From Selaginella moellendorffii (Eukaryota; Plantae; Lycopodiophyta): a stretch of 64,000 nt of DNA. Below the pieces are notes generated by a model, which saw only the letters and a list, made by a program, of their open reading frames with translations, was not told where the DNA came from and made no database searches. A program made the position numbers and the translations under genes. Location of the stretch: assembly GCF_000143415.4 (NCBI RefSeq), contig NW_003314276.1, positions 181,468 to 245,467 on the forward strand. Direction: 5' to 3'. Every line of letters starts with the position of its first letter. Positions within the stretch are counted from its first letter, which is position 1. Of the stretch, positions 13,501-26,415 are shown piece after piece.

Positions 13501-15203
13501 AGAGAGCAGGGAAAATCATCCGGTTTCACGAGGAGAAAACCTTGAAAACCACCAGCGTATTCAAGGGACGGCTGAAGTTGCTCTGCAGCCTACACAAGCA
13601 ATGTGGACAGAACTGATCATTGTCCAGCGGAGCGAACCAACAGAAGAAACTGAAGAAACTGTCAATCAATCTCTTCAGACTCATACAAGAGAAGTTGCTG
13701 GAGTATTAGAGGGTGGACCTACGGTGGAAAGCAGGCAAGACGTTTCTTCCAGTCGGGTTGCAGAAAACAGAGTAGCAAAAGAAAGTAGGTCGGATGGCAT
13801 TTATGCTCGAGTTGCAGAGAGCAAAGCAGCAGTTCATCATGCCACATCAGTCAGAGATGCCGTAGAAAGCGGTTCCGCTGCAGTGGTAGAAAGCAGGTTG
13901 GATCCTCCATCAGTTCCAGCACCAAACACCCCTGTGACTAGTTCACCATTGAGAGCTACACCAGACGTCCTCCTTCAGTCCCAAGAGCCGGATGTAGCTA
14001 CATCTGGCCGGGCTCAGGAATTTGCTAACAGCAGAGCTCGAGATGTTGCTCCTGTTTATGCTACAAGTCCCGACGCCCCGCATCATAGAGCTCAACATAT
14101 CATGCAATATAGCGCTCCAGATATCTTGCAGATTGTCTATCCTGCACGGGCTCCAGACATCTCTCAAACTCGTGGTCAAGCTCCGGATATCGTGCAAATC
14201 GTCTCAGCTCCTGTTCAAGTAGCATGTCATTTGGATGAAAGAGAGGATACCCAAAGCCGTGACAACTTTGTTCGGAACGTAAATCCACCTGCTAGTGGGG
14301 AAATCAGCACGGGTGCTCCATGGCAAAGCAGTATGAAGAGTCCAACCGAAATGACCAGCACTTCCTCAGAACTTTGTCGTTCGCTTACTCCACTGGAAAA
14401 CCAATTCGCCGCTCTTGAGGCAAGTTACAGATTTTACCATTCTGTTTATGGCTTTCTAGCTGAGATGTCTATTGTTCAGGCCGCTCTGAAGGAAAAGAAA
14501 ATTCGAGCGAAGGAAAACGTAAGAACAAAAGACCTGGATGTTTTGCGTACGGGATTAGAGGAGCTCAGGAATTTGCTATCGTCCATGGAGTTATTAAAAG
14601 CTGACAAGCAAGCTATGGAGGTATTTTCCGTTTCGTGTGGTTATATGTAGTATTGCTTCTTTTGAGCATGCAGGAGCTTTGGCAATTCGTGAGAGCAAAC
14701 CTGACAGAGAATGCTATGTTCACTGGCAAACCATTGATTGGTTTCAAGTGCATGTAAGTGGAAAAACTTTGCATTTATTCGTTCCGTTTTGATAACAAAC
14801 TCACTAGGAATTTTTTCAGGTCTTGCGAGCATTCAATTGAGAAGCTGCACCCCTTCCGGTCTGACTACCTGCCTACAAACATGATGCCAAAGCAATGGCT
14901 TTCAATGTTCACGGCCGACCGTCTGTTCAACAATGTGAGGAATACGATTATCTTTAGTTAGCATAACGAATTTTTCTACAGGAGAAACGAGATGAGAAGC
15001 TTGCTTTATACCCCAATCGGTCACCAAGTCCCCCGAGAACAAACGCTTCCTCTCCATTTCCAAAGGCCAACACTCCAGAGCAGCCAGCGGGTGGAACTAC
15101 ACCACCTGGAAACCGTGCAGAAGCACCGACAAATCAAACCCTGAAAGCGGCCACCAGCGTCCACCTGGGGCCCAAAGTTGCAAGCATTGCCATTAGGAAA
15201 TAG
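10598..15203 (+). CDS. Multi-exon host gene: long coiled-coil protein with C-terminal C-x-S-C motif (QRICH2/C16orf96-like, possibly sperm-flagellar)
   Basis: ATG 10598 (MADFPRL...), many ~50-bp GT-AG introns, heptad-rich exons, large low-complexity exon ~13050-14419, spliced FKCM|SCEH motif near 14745-14830, last exon 14982-15203 ends in TAG; family call is from memory of the motif only. Confidence 0.75.
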
Positions 15204-15670
15204 ACTAACAAAAGGAAAAGTCTTAATCGTTTTTTTACTTTTTATAATTTTTATAGAAGTGCTCCCACCTGTAAATGTATGTATATATAAACTGCCTTAA
15301 GTGAACTTTCTGTGTATTTTCACAGCTGCAGTCCCTTTGGATTGATGGACAGAGAAAAATTTATCATAGAATGATTCCATTTTGCATGCATGGAGCTTTG
15401 GGTCATTCATCAAACGATTTTTTTCTACTACAGTGGAGCTGGGATCCTGGAGTCCTACTCAAGTGTAAACTATAAAAGGCTGGACAAGTGCATAGGATTT
15501 ATCACCCAAATTAAAATTCTTTCAAAACATGCAAGTGTAACAGATTATTAAAAACTCGATGGGATTACAACTCGATCATAGTGTAGAACCGGTGCCGCCT
15601 TTACATTATTTGCTTACTCAAATATCGGGCTATATTTGCTCTTTTCAAGTCTTTCTAGGGTTATGGAAGA

Positions 15671-18600
15671 ATGGCGATGGAAATCAGGTGCCGCATTCCT
15701 GATGCCCATGAACTATCAGTCCTCTGCGTCGCCTTCAATAATTACCGGAATGAGGTCTACAGTGGGTCACAGGATTGCCTTATCAAAGTATGTAGTAAAG
15801 AATTTACAATTTTCTGACCATGACCTTTCTGCGACTAGATTTGGGATGTCGAGTCTGGGAGCCAGATTAGAATTCAAGAAGGTCATCAAGCATGGGTTAC
15901 AGATCTTTTATATTCCGAACTTGTGAAAATTCTTTTCTCGTGCTCGTTGGACGGTAAAGTTCTTGCATGGTCGGATAAAGGAAAGTTGCTTCAGGTACAT
16001 TCATGTTATTCTTTTCTCTCATAATACTAGACGTCGTTTATGGTTTTGTAGGTTGTTGAGTTCGGAGGACCTGTCTATTCCTTGGCTTGGGATGGAAAAG
16101 GAAAGCATGTAATAGCCGGAGGAAAAGGAGTCGTGCAGCTTTACCGTGTGATTCGTTCTTCTGCCAGTGTGTATATTAAGTCGGGCTCTGCGAGCCAGAA
16201 GATGGGAACCGTAATTACAACAACTTTGGTGTTCATGGTGTCCTGCTTTTGTGTTGATTGCAGGTAAAGTTTATGCAACCGAGCATATTCAGCTTTGTCC
16301 ACAAAAACATAGTCCAAGGTGTCTGCTGTTCTCATGTGGGAAACGTATTTACTGCTGGGTAAGCTACTTCTTCAATACCTTTTCTCTTTATAGCTGTTTT
16401 TTAGACACGATCGATGCATTTGTCTATTCGAGAGCCTGAAGCCAGGAACAACAATGATGCGCTTGACGGACTGCCATGAAGTACCGCACCTTCTTTATGA
16501 TTCTATATAACTTTGAGGTTTTACCTAACATCGGTTGATTGCTGTAACTGGCATCTCTCGTATAGGGAGCAATAACTGCAGTAGCTTATGATAAAGATGC
16601 AAAAACATTGATTACGGGATCGTATGATGGATCTATCAAAATTTGGAGCCACGAGGGACATTGCTTGGACGAGTTCATTGGCGTAACGGACTCTGTTTCT
16701 TCTATTGCATACATCCCCGAAACAAAGTGCTTATGGGTTACAGGTCGAAAAAAGTAAGTTGTGCTTTCCAACATGCCGCGACGCTGGAAAATGTTTATGT
16801 GCAGCACAGCACTCCTTCAATTATTGACACTTTGGCTCCATCGGACGTGACCGAGTGGGTAGCTGACACATGTGGAATTCGTAATCTACCTTTGACCAAG
16901 GTCTGCTGTTTATTTTGATTCACAAATACATTCCCAATTTGTTTTAGGTATATCATGCTGCTGATAAAGAGCTCGCGATTGGAGTTTGCGGAGGGTTGGA
17001 ACTAATTATTTGGAGATTTAACCGCTTTGGACCACATCGTGTTCTTCAGGGACATGCAGACTGGGTGGAGTGCGTAGTTTTATGTTATCGAAAGCCTCCA
17101 AAGATAAGTGAAGAGGACAATCAGAAGCCAAAGAAAAAAGACGCAGCAAATAACGGTGGTCCTAAAAGAGTTACTTTTACAGCCGCAGGCGACGGACCTA
17201 TATCACCCTCGTCATCACCAGAACCTGAAGCTCCTGTTCAACACCAAACCTTTATATCTCCGACTGCTACACAAATTGGATCGTTACTAGATACCGAAAT
17301 TTACAGTGCGGGTGCAGATGGTTCTATTCTTAAGTGGAAACCAAGTCCTGGCAACAATTGTGATTCATGGACTATGCATGAGTATGCCCCTCCATGTGGT
17401 TCTGCTGTCTTATGCATGATCCATGATCCGACTTCGGATGTGCTGGTGACAGGTACTGCGTCATAGCAATTACTTTGTTACAGGATTTTTACAGGGTCCG
17501 AAGACTGTAAAATACGAATATGGAACCTTGATACACAGCCCACTGTATCACGGTGCCAGGTAGCTGGGGGCGAGGTAACAGGTCCGGACGTGCTTCGTGG
17601 CCATGAAGCAAAAATCGTTGGACTTTGCGTTCACAATGAAGAGGTCAGACTTTGATGGACGTTATGTAAGCCAATAAGTCAATTTTCTATCTGCAGTTTT
17701 TGATTTCTGCATCTTATGACAAAACGCTCAGATGGTGGAATTTACCTTTTCGATTGCCATTAGAGGGTATAGAAAGTGCTCATGAACTGCCCATTGAGGT
17801 TTGAAATTATTTTTCTGCATCAAACATTCATAAACGTTTTTAAATTCCGCAGGGCATGCAGTATAGTCCTCCCAGAGGTGAGATAGCCACATGCGGAGGT
17901 GGAAACTTCTTGAAAATCTGGAATGCCACAAAAAAGAAATTAATAACCACCTTGATTGGTGGTACAGGAAATATAATTATGGTGAGATGTTGCACTTTCT
18001 ATTTCACATTATCTCACTTCTAACAATTTGAAGATTAAGTGGTGCAACCTTGACAACGGATTTTGGATTACCGCGTCAGATGAAGGAGAAATTGCAATGT
18101 GGGATCCAGATGCCGGTTGTGTCACCAAGACAATGTGTCATAAGAAAGAGCCGGTAACCTGCTTATTTGTGGATGAAATTAACAAGCTGGTGCTGATGAG
18201 CATGCTGTCTGATCACTTTATTCGGGGTTTTGACTTGAATATGGAGAAGGAGCTGTGCACCTACGTTGGCCATAAGGATCAAATCCATTCGCTTGTTCAC
18301 TTTCCGCACAGAAAGCAGTATCTCTCAGGCTCATGGGACAGCACAATTCGCGCATGGCTTACTCCTGATTCAAGAGTAGAGCCTAAGCCGGTTGTCATTA
18401 GAACAGCTGTCGAAGAGAAAGACGTGGATCCTTTACAAGAGGAGCCACTTATAAGCAGCTATGAAAAAGAATATCCTTTGGTACCTCCAAAAACTTTACA
18501 AAATGCAGGTCCTGCAATGTTTCCGACCAAACGTCCAGATTCTCGAGAAACAATCCCTGCAACAGGTTCGTCCTTACCGTCAAGAACCTCTTCCTCGAGC

Positions 18601-18684
18601 CAAAGTAGCAGCCAAGCTGGCTCTAATCTAAGGCTGTCGAAGAGGCTCCAGGACCTGGACATGATCCTGAAACCGCATGCTTGA
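15671..18684 (+). CDS. Multi-exon host WD40-repeat protein
   Basis: Spliced reading MAMEIRCRIPDAHELSVLCVAFN..YSGSQDCLIK|IWDVESG..EGHQAWVTDLLYS..LFSCSLDGKVLAW; further GH..WD repeats (ITGSYDGSIKIW, GHADWV, GHKDQI..LSGSWDSTIRAW); stop at 18684. Confidence 0.88.
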
Positions 18685-19335
18685 TTTAAACAAAAACAGT
18701 AAATGGATTTGGATATCTTCTATCGAGGAATGAATTTCCATGCTTGCTGGTAATCAGATAGAGGCCTATACTTCTTTCATGTGAATTTTAAAATGTATTG
18801 TGTTATGCTAATCCTTTCCTCTTGATCGTGGAGTGTGTGGTACCGTTTAATTTGGGACTGAGACTCGCACCTTTGGTAAATCGTCACATGTAGAATTTGG
18901 ATGTGGAATTTGGAACTTGAAATTTGCTTGGATACGCTGTTCAACGCTTCTTTCATACAATTTATTCGTCTATATCTACTTTTTTATATTGGGGTACCAC
19001 AAACTCCTAGGGGCTGCATTGCAAACACAGTAGCAATGGATAACGTACCTACGATGCATGTGCCACCCAAAGTCGGTATTTGAGCAAAGGCGTGGAAGGC
19101 ATTTTGCAGTGGCATTAGCAGGAGAAACAGTCTGGTTTTCCTAGAAGGATGAAAAGTACAACATACCCAATGATGTCCGGGGGATTTGAGATGCGGGCAT
19201 CTACAGAGATGGTGCAGTTATGGAGATGACGGCTTAGCTAGTATAAAGCATTGTAATTTGGTCTCGTGAGGTTAGGCTGGACCTCACTTGTGAATTGAAG
19301 TGTTTACCAGTGTTTGAAAGTGTGTTTTTTTAGCC

Positions 19336-20815
19336 CTTCCTGCTCATTATCTTTCTCTGGCTCCTCATGCCCCTCCTGCATTTCTTCCATAGGCTGCTCA
19401 GGCTGGATGGCTTGTTCTTCCAGGACCATCTTGGGAAAATCATCTGGCCGAGTCTCCATCTCAAAATACAAGACATCCATAGCCTGTTTTAGTGCGTGAC
19501 CTAGGACCGTATCCTCACCCGACTGTCTTAACATGGTTTCTGCACGTTCTTACACCCTTCAAAGACGACGAGATGAGAAAAATGTGGCCCTGACTTGAAA
19601 AGCATCCTTCATCCATTGTACCTCTCCATTGAGATTGGGGAAGGGGAGTCCACCATAGGAATCTGAGTCAGGAGGTGGTGACTGCCTGCTTTCACTCAGC
19701 CCTTGATCTGCAATGAATGGCATGAGCACACACGCCATAACCGCGAGGCATTACCTATCATCTTTTCGTTGCCCTTCTTCCTTTTCGAATCAAACGCCTC
19801 TGATCCTGATGACTGTCCAACGTGCTTTTGCTTTTTATGACCACTGTCAGTTTGAGCTTGGCTAGTGCTTGCCTGTTTTGCCTTTGAAGAAGTGTCTCCT
19901 GCAAGGAATGGCATGAGACCACACGCCATTGCAAATATAATTTGTACCTCCTTTTTTCCTATTGCTTGTCTGTTTGTCCTTCGACGCGCCACCAGTGCGC
20001 TTTTCAGTCCTCGTGTCTGAATATTCACAACGATCTATAATCAAAATGGCGTGAGGCCTCACGTGACCTTACCTTGTGCAGGTTGTGAGCTCGGCCCAAC
20101 ATGGGTATCTTCAACAGTAGCTGTTAACGCCGTTTCAGCATCTGGGGGTGGCCACGCTCCTGCATACAGAGCTTGTGAGATAACATTTAAACTTAAAGTG
20201 CATACTCACCAGGTTCGCAGAGAAAATACTGTTTTTCTTTGGCAACTGTAATTATATGCTCCATTGAAGTCACCTCTTCAATGGAGTTTGTCACCGCAAC
20301 ACACGGGACACCCTTGAGTAGTGCGGCTCGAAAGAATAGTCTGCCGCAGTTGTACTCGACAACGCATTTGCCCTTGGAGTCGGAAGCAGGTGACCCACCC
20401 GCTATTGCGTTGAAGACCCAGCTAAGCATTTCCCATGCTGCACCTGGAGCTTTCTTTGGATTCAAAAGCTCCATAGTCGTCTTCAGTTCCTCAGGCACGG
20501 GTAAATTGACCTCCCTCAGATCAATTCGATCGGCCTTGTCGAACAAAGCTGGGAAGTCTTCTTAGCCATTATCCCATGGATCTCCCGCATCTCCTTGCCT
20601 TTCAACCGAGCCTTCACCTTGTTCAAGGCCTTCCAGAACTTGTGATAGGATTCGGAGTCGTAGATCATATAGTGGACTGAAGATTCCACCTCCGCAAGTC
20701 CCACCATTAAGTCAATGATGGAGCTGACTTCGTCTGCATGAGTGATCTCCTCGTTTGTGAAGTCCATCACACAAAAGATGTTCTTGACCTGCTCATCTCC
20801 GCGGGAAATGATGCT
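19336..20815 (-). mobile_element. Internal fragment (no TIRs) of the Sola1-like element's cargo gene, inverted
   Basis: Near-identical reverse complement of ~28533-30090, with a small internal deletion near 20555. Confidence 0.93.
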
Positions 20816-21672
20816 AAAAGTATAGTAGGGATAGTGAGGTCCAGAAACCAGTCTTGAAAGAACTCTCTAGTGGTGCTTTGAGACTGGGGCTGAGGGGCCT
20901 TGGGTGGGAGTGAGCATGGACTCAGGTTGTTTCGGAGGGGCCACCCAAGGAAGTGCTCAAGAGCAGCTCCCACTCCTGAAAGGGAAACCGACTGCTCCTG
21001 GCTCATGTGGAGTGGTGCCCCACTTGAGTACCTTGTGGCTCATTGGTCCTCGCCCTTCCTAGGGGCTTGGGCCTTCCCTTCGGGATGGGAATGGGGGGGT
21101 AGAGGTACCCATACCGGGTTGTTAGGCCACGGTGTTTCACCCCGGCAGCCCGAAGCAAGTGTTGCACCTAAGGCTTGGGATTTAGAGGGTCCCATGATCA
21201 AGTTTTGTTGTACCAAAGGGTGTTAGGAACCTGGAGGCTTGGTGTGCTTGGCTGCTTGTGTCTATGGGGAGTGTACCCGGACCTTAAGTCCAGTCTAACC
21301 TAGGGAGGGAGATTGGGAGAGATTTGGGAATCTGTGGATGGATGGCTAATGCTCTGTTGCTTATGCAATGAATAGTTGAAACCAAGTAGGACCAAGTAGG
21401 AGATGGTACAATAGGCGGGAACCTTGGCAAGGGAACTTAGCTAAAGCCAAGGTAGTGTTGGGCAGATAGACGAGGTAAGCTGGCAAATTAGAAAGGAAAA
21501 ATTTGTGGCTTACAATTTGGTATCGGAGCCTTTTCCTCAATTGTAGCCAAGGATAGAGGTAGATTGCTAGGAGATGGCAAAGGCAGGGCATAAACAAACC
21601 AAGGCAGAGATGGAACCTCCTCCGAAGTTGGACGCTCCAATCGAACAAGAGGCTATGGATGAGAAACCCTTG
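20816..21672 (+). mobile_element. Truncated LTR + tRNA-iMet PBS + possible gag start; target of the DNA transposon, resumes at 32483
   Basis: LTR ends GGCTTACA at 21514, followed by TGGTATCGGAGC PBS; homologous to ~32545-32805 and, inverted, to 52865-53500. Confidence 0.75.
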
Positions 21673-21696
21673 AAGCTCTATTTCGTTGAAGTGGGA
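21673..21696 (+). repeat. Left TIR, copy 1
   Basis: AAGCTCTATTTCGTTGAAGTGGGA. Confidence 0.95.
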
Positions 21697-22360
21697 TTTA
21701 TTTAGTAAAATGGGACTAGGTACAAATTTTCAAGTATTTGAAAATGACGTGAAATTATATGTTTTTTGTCCAGGGGCTAGACATATCTGGGGCATGGTGA
21801 CTAGCGCGGTGACTTTGTGTCCAGACTGAGTCCATCTGGTTGTATAATAAATCTCATTGTCAAGGTGAACAAGCCGAATCTGAAGCTAAAGAAGAGCGAT
21901 GGCATGCGCGCACACACTATTTGTTTGTTCATTGAGCGTGTGGTGAGCTTTCCAAGATGAACGTCATTCCTATTAGCCAGACATATAACTTAATGGTGAG
22001 AACATTTAGATATTATTCAATGTTATCTTTTTCTAACGAATCTAATTGTGAAGGTGTAGCAAGAGGCATTGCTAGTCTGGAGAAGTCATTTAACTCATTT
22101 GACCCTTAGTGTATTTTCATGAAACTAAATAACATTCATATTATTAAGGAATTTCTCTAGTACCTTTTTTTTACGACATAGAGGCTTGCATTTCTTTCAA
22201 AGGTGATTTAGTAAAAGGCCTGAGGGCACATGCCATTCTATTTCTCAGACCGGTATTAAGATATACTAGTGCAAAGGGCCACATGCCATCACGCCTCCTC
22301 TGATTCAGATTCGGATTGTTCACCTTGAAATAAAATACATTAGAAACTTATAAAAAAATA

Positions 22361-25300
22361 TTAATGAATCTCACCTTGAACCCGGGTTATGAATGCTCTT
22401 GCTGCATCTCTTGCATGGTCTGGCAAGGTGATGGTGGCACTCTGCTTCCGCATCCAACCATGCACAACATTATCCACCGATATGCTCATGCTGGGATCCC
22501 TTGGATTCAGCACCCATCTCTTTTCTAGGCAATCCTTCGTATATCCGGAACTTGGCTTGAACCACTCCACAGTTACATTGAAGGAGTTAGTTTCTGCGTC
22601 CTCCTCTGCATCAGTGATGCAGCGCCCCACCCATATCATTTGTTTTTTATTACTGGGTCTGACAAGCACGACCATTCCTTTGCAGACCTGTACTGGATTG
22701 AATGCTGAATCCGGCTTCTTGTTCCTCGGCCCACAATAGTGATCCTCAACATCGTTATCTGTCACTGCATTTCCAGAGGACATTGTTCCGCTACTATCTG
22801 GTGCTCTGGGTTCTGGCCAAAAGGACTCTTCCAATTCTTCATATACAACCGGCCCATTTTGGATAGCAGATATAATCTTCTCCCAGTATTCGAGCAAAGG
22901 CTTGCACCTCTTAAAATAGGATTCTCCACCAAACACCAACCCCCTCTTCCAGAAGGCAATATGCTGTCTAATCCCGGCCACTATACTTTCCTGGTCTTTG
23001 AGTCCATCCGGGTGCATCGGCCGTGGGGAACCCTGAGGAATCATAGGTTCCCCAGTTATGGGATCTCTCTTGAAGAGTTCAATGCTGTCCACTGGCAGCC
23101 ACACTGTGTCCCATTCTCTCATCTTGTACCTCATCACTGGAGCACCGTCACGCATGCTGAAATGAAACTGAAGAGGCTTGGAGTGGCCAATCAGCGTTTT
23201 GGATCCGTCCCTGATGTAGCCTCTTACAAACCCCTTAAAGTCTGGAACCTCTGTCACAAGTGCAGCTTCAACAGTGCCTTTGATGCAATTTTGGAATTCA
23301 TCGTAGAGTTGTGGGAGGGTGAGGACATTGGATCGCCGGAGGGACTCTGCGAGGTGACTGAACATGGCATCGACGTCTTCATGAGTGTGCCCAACCATGA
23401 GAAAGCCAAGTGTAACCGTTTCAAATATGCCTTTGGCAACAAGCATCGCCAAGTACGCGAAGACGTACATGTTTTTGTTCTCACTGCCAGCATTGTCTGT
23501 TTGGAGCAGAAGATGGGGTGGAAGGCCACATCGGCTGCAAGAACTTCCTTGAGATTCTGCTTCGTTTGGATGAGGCTGTGCATTCACCGGGCGACTAGCC
23601 TCGTCGGAATGGCATGAGGCCTCACGTGATAACCCTACAATCTGACGGCCAACATATTCACTGGGATGGCATGGGGCCCCACGCGATACTGCAAGCCTTT
23701 GCTCCTCCTCCAGCTGAACCCTGTATGGGGTTCGATCGACAAGGGCCTTATGCAAGGGTTGGCCGTTCAGCTCAGTCTGCGCACTTTGCAGAGACCTTAA
23801 GTGTTTTGCTAGGGACGCAATCATCATGTTTGCACCCCCGCCACCCCATAGAGGTACAAAGAAGTTCCCATAGTTCTGGGCACCATGCCCATGAGCGATT
23901 ATGCCAAACAGAGACACAGGCAGTTGCATGGATGAAGAGATTGCCTTGGGGGTAGGATTGAGTCGAGGTAAGCACGTCTTTTTCTGGTCCATTTTGTCGT
24001 GGATGATGCAGAGGTAAGAGTCAAGTCTCTCCATGGAGAGAATCCTGTTATGATAATATGCAGTCCTGCAGCTTCTCTGCTCGATGTTGTGGTCGAGCCG
24101 CCTTCTAACCAACGTCTCTCGCTCTTGAGCGCTGTAAGAATTCTTCGACAAAGCCATTTTGATAGTAGTGCACTCGTCACACTTTGAAAAGCTGGAGTAC
24201 TTTCCTATACTCACATCCCTGAACCTGTTGCTCCACAATCTACTAAATCTAGATTGGCTCAGCTTCCTGTAGCCATTACTCTGGAGTTCCCGATTCACAT
24301 CTTCCAATATGGCCCCCTTGGTATACATGGAAGGGAGAACTCGTTGGGTGTCTCGTGTTCCATCTTCCAAGAGGCGGGTTTTATGTGGTTGCTGCTCGCT
24401 ACATGTCTCGACAAACCTCTTGAAGATTGCCTCTCCATATACAACATGACCCCTGGTTTTGTGCGTACCGTCGTTCCCATGGACTGCCTGTTGAACCCTT
24501 TGTTCCTCGAACTCAGTTTTGATTCTGTAGAATGTGGATCGAGGGACTCCATAAATGATTCTCCATGCCTTCATGCAGACCAAACCCCTCTGGAAGACCA
24601 TGCCCCCCACCTGATGTTCTGAAGCATCAACAGATGACCGTAATGCCTCATACACAAAATTGCGAGCTGCCTTCCAGGACAATGTCTTGTATCTTGCTCT
24701 TTCCTCTTCAATAGCATCCCAATCAGCATGTTGACAGCACCTCCTCTTGCAACAAGCAACTGTCGAGACCATTCGAACCTCCATCGCCATTTTCTGCCTT
24801 TTCGGTTCGTTGCTCAGATCCCTTTGGCTGCGCTGTAGGAAGGTGTACTTTCTTTTCCCATGAAGAGATGTTCTGTCATCAGTTGTAGTGGTGTTTGATT
24901 GTGAATCCTTCACATTCTCAAACACTAAATGCCTCAATTTCCACCGCACAATGCTTCCAATAGTCAGACTGTTTTCTTCTGTGTCAACAACCTCTAAAAT
25001 CGCAACTCCAATATCATCCCAGCCCAATTCTTGATTAGCAACCGCATCTCTTGGATCGACAACTGTGGCTAAGCCCTCAGCTACCACCTCCCCCTCGGGG
25101 TTGTTTAGAAACACCTTTGCCTGAATCCATGTAGCACGGTTCTTAAGATCCACGGAGGGAACATGCGTCGCACTTGCGCTGTCCCCAACATCTGCTTTCT
25201 TCTGCAGATTTTTCAAGGCAACAACAACATTTACCCCGACGACCATCTCTCCTCATTCAATAGCGACCACATTCCCATCGAAGACAGTCTTTACTGATAC

Positions 25301-25429
25301 AGCAGCATTGCCTTCCCCAAGCCTTTGACAGTGTATAACAAAGTTCCGATCCATAGATACAAGGGTCCCTTTTGCAACTCTCTTCCCACCATTCAAAATG
25401 TAAACCTTTTCCCCAACCCTGAAGGCCAT
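22361..25429 (-). CDS. Sola1-like (DUF7869-type) DDD transposase, ~1022 codons, with a CGA>TGA nonsense at codon 59 (961-aa ORF from 25246)
   Basis: Motifs CCKRRC, VCMKAW..IYG, FSKCDEC, HDKMDQ, LQTDNAGSENKN, FLMVGHTHEDVDAMFS; ATG at 25429 is in frame with the 961-aa ORF, and copy 2 has CGA where copy 1 has TGA (25253-25255). Confidence 0.85.
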
Positions 25430-25779
25430 TCTGAAAGTGCAGAAAAGAAGTTAAGACCATACAAAAAATGATTGGAGAATGGCCTAAATCATAACATACC
25501 AAACAACCTCAATAGCATGAGGCCACATGCCATTATTCAAACATGCTATTGACACCCACGTGAAATGTCGCATTCACAAAATTGGCATGAGGCCTCATAC
25601 CATTTTGATATACACACAGCTGCAGGCAAGTAAAAACATACATGACAATACGCTAGCCATGAAATTGCAAGGGCCCAAGATGGCATGTGGCCTCATGCCA
25701 TTTCTAAATGTGGTCCTAAACCATTCCATGGTGAACATACCAGGAAGCACAAGTGCCGAATATCAAGAGGAAGCGGTAG

Positions 25780-26415
25780 CCACACCAAAGACAGTGCCGC
25801 TCGCAACACCGCAACTACTCGTAGCGCCGCTCGCAACACCGCAACTGCTCGTAGCGCCGCTCGCACAAACTGCCACTCGCATAAACTGCCGCTCGCAATG
25901 GCGCTCGCAATGCCGCAACCGCTTGTAGACGCATAAACCACAGCTCACAACGCCGCTTACACAAGCAGCGCTCACTGACATGGCGGGATTACCAACCGTC
26001 GTGACATTTCGCGCGTGTGAGGTTAGGTTTTGCATTTTGCTTCGTACTCGCGCTCGCACACTCACGCTCGCATCGCACTCCCACTCGCGCTCCCACTTCT
26101 CTATAGGTTTCTCGTGTGCATCGGCGTCCACTCGCGCTTGCATCACACTCGCGCTTGCATCACACTCGCGCTCGCATCGCGCTCGCATCGCGCTGGTGTG
26201 CATCGGCGTCCATTTCAAGACACACCCAGTTTGTAACTTCGCCGCCAACTCCGCCGCCCACTCCGCCACCCACACGCAGCCCACTTGGCGTCCCGGGAGA
26301 TTTCAGCGCCACTCTCCAACTGTAAGTGGCAGAGTAGCCTTGCTGCTACGATCCGCTACACACACAGTGCACATTCGCCAGCGAGTCCGGTTGTCATGCC
26401 TCCATTCGGCTTCAA
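25780..26415. promoter_or_regulatory. Probable bidirectional promoter with CpG-rich CGCTCGCA repeats
   Basis: Lies between divergent genes; 30-bp tandem unit GCGCCGCTCGCAACACCGCAACTRCTCGTA and many CTCGCR/CGCTCGCATC units; flanked on each side by three 22-bp palindromes. Confidence 0.55.

Noticed and set aside
15636-15926. 96-aa ORF as the start of the WD40 gene
   Set aside because: Wrong frame; the WD40 motifs are in the frame starting at ATG 15671
22739-23617. 292-aa plus-strand ORF and other antisense ORFs over the transposase and pol genes
   Set aside because: Shadow ORFs opposite real coding sequence with no recognisable motifs
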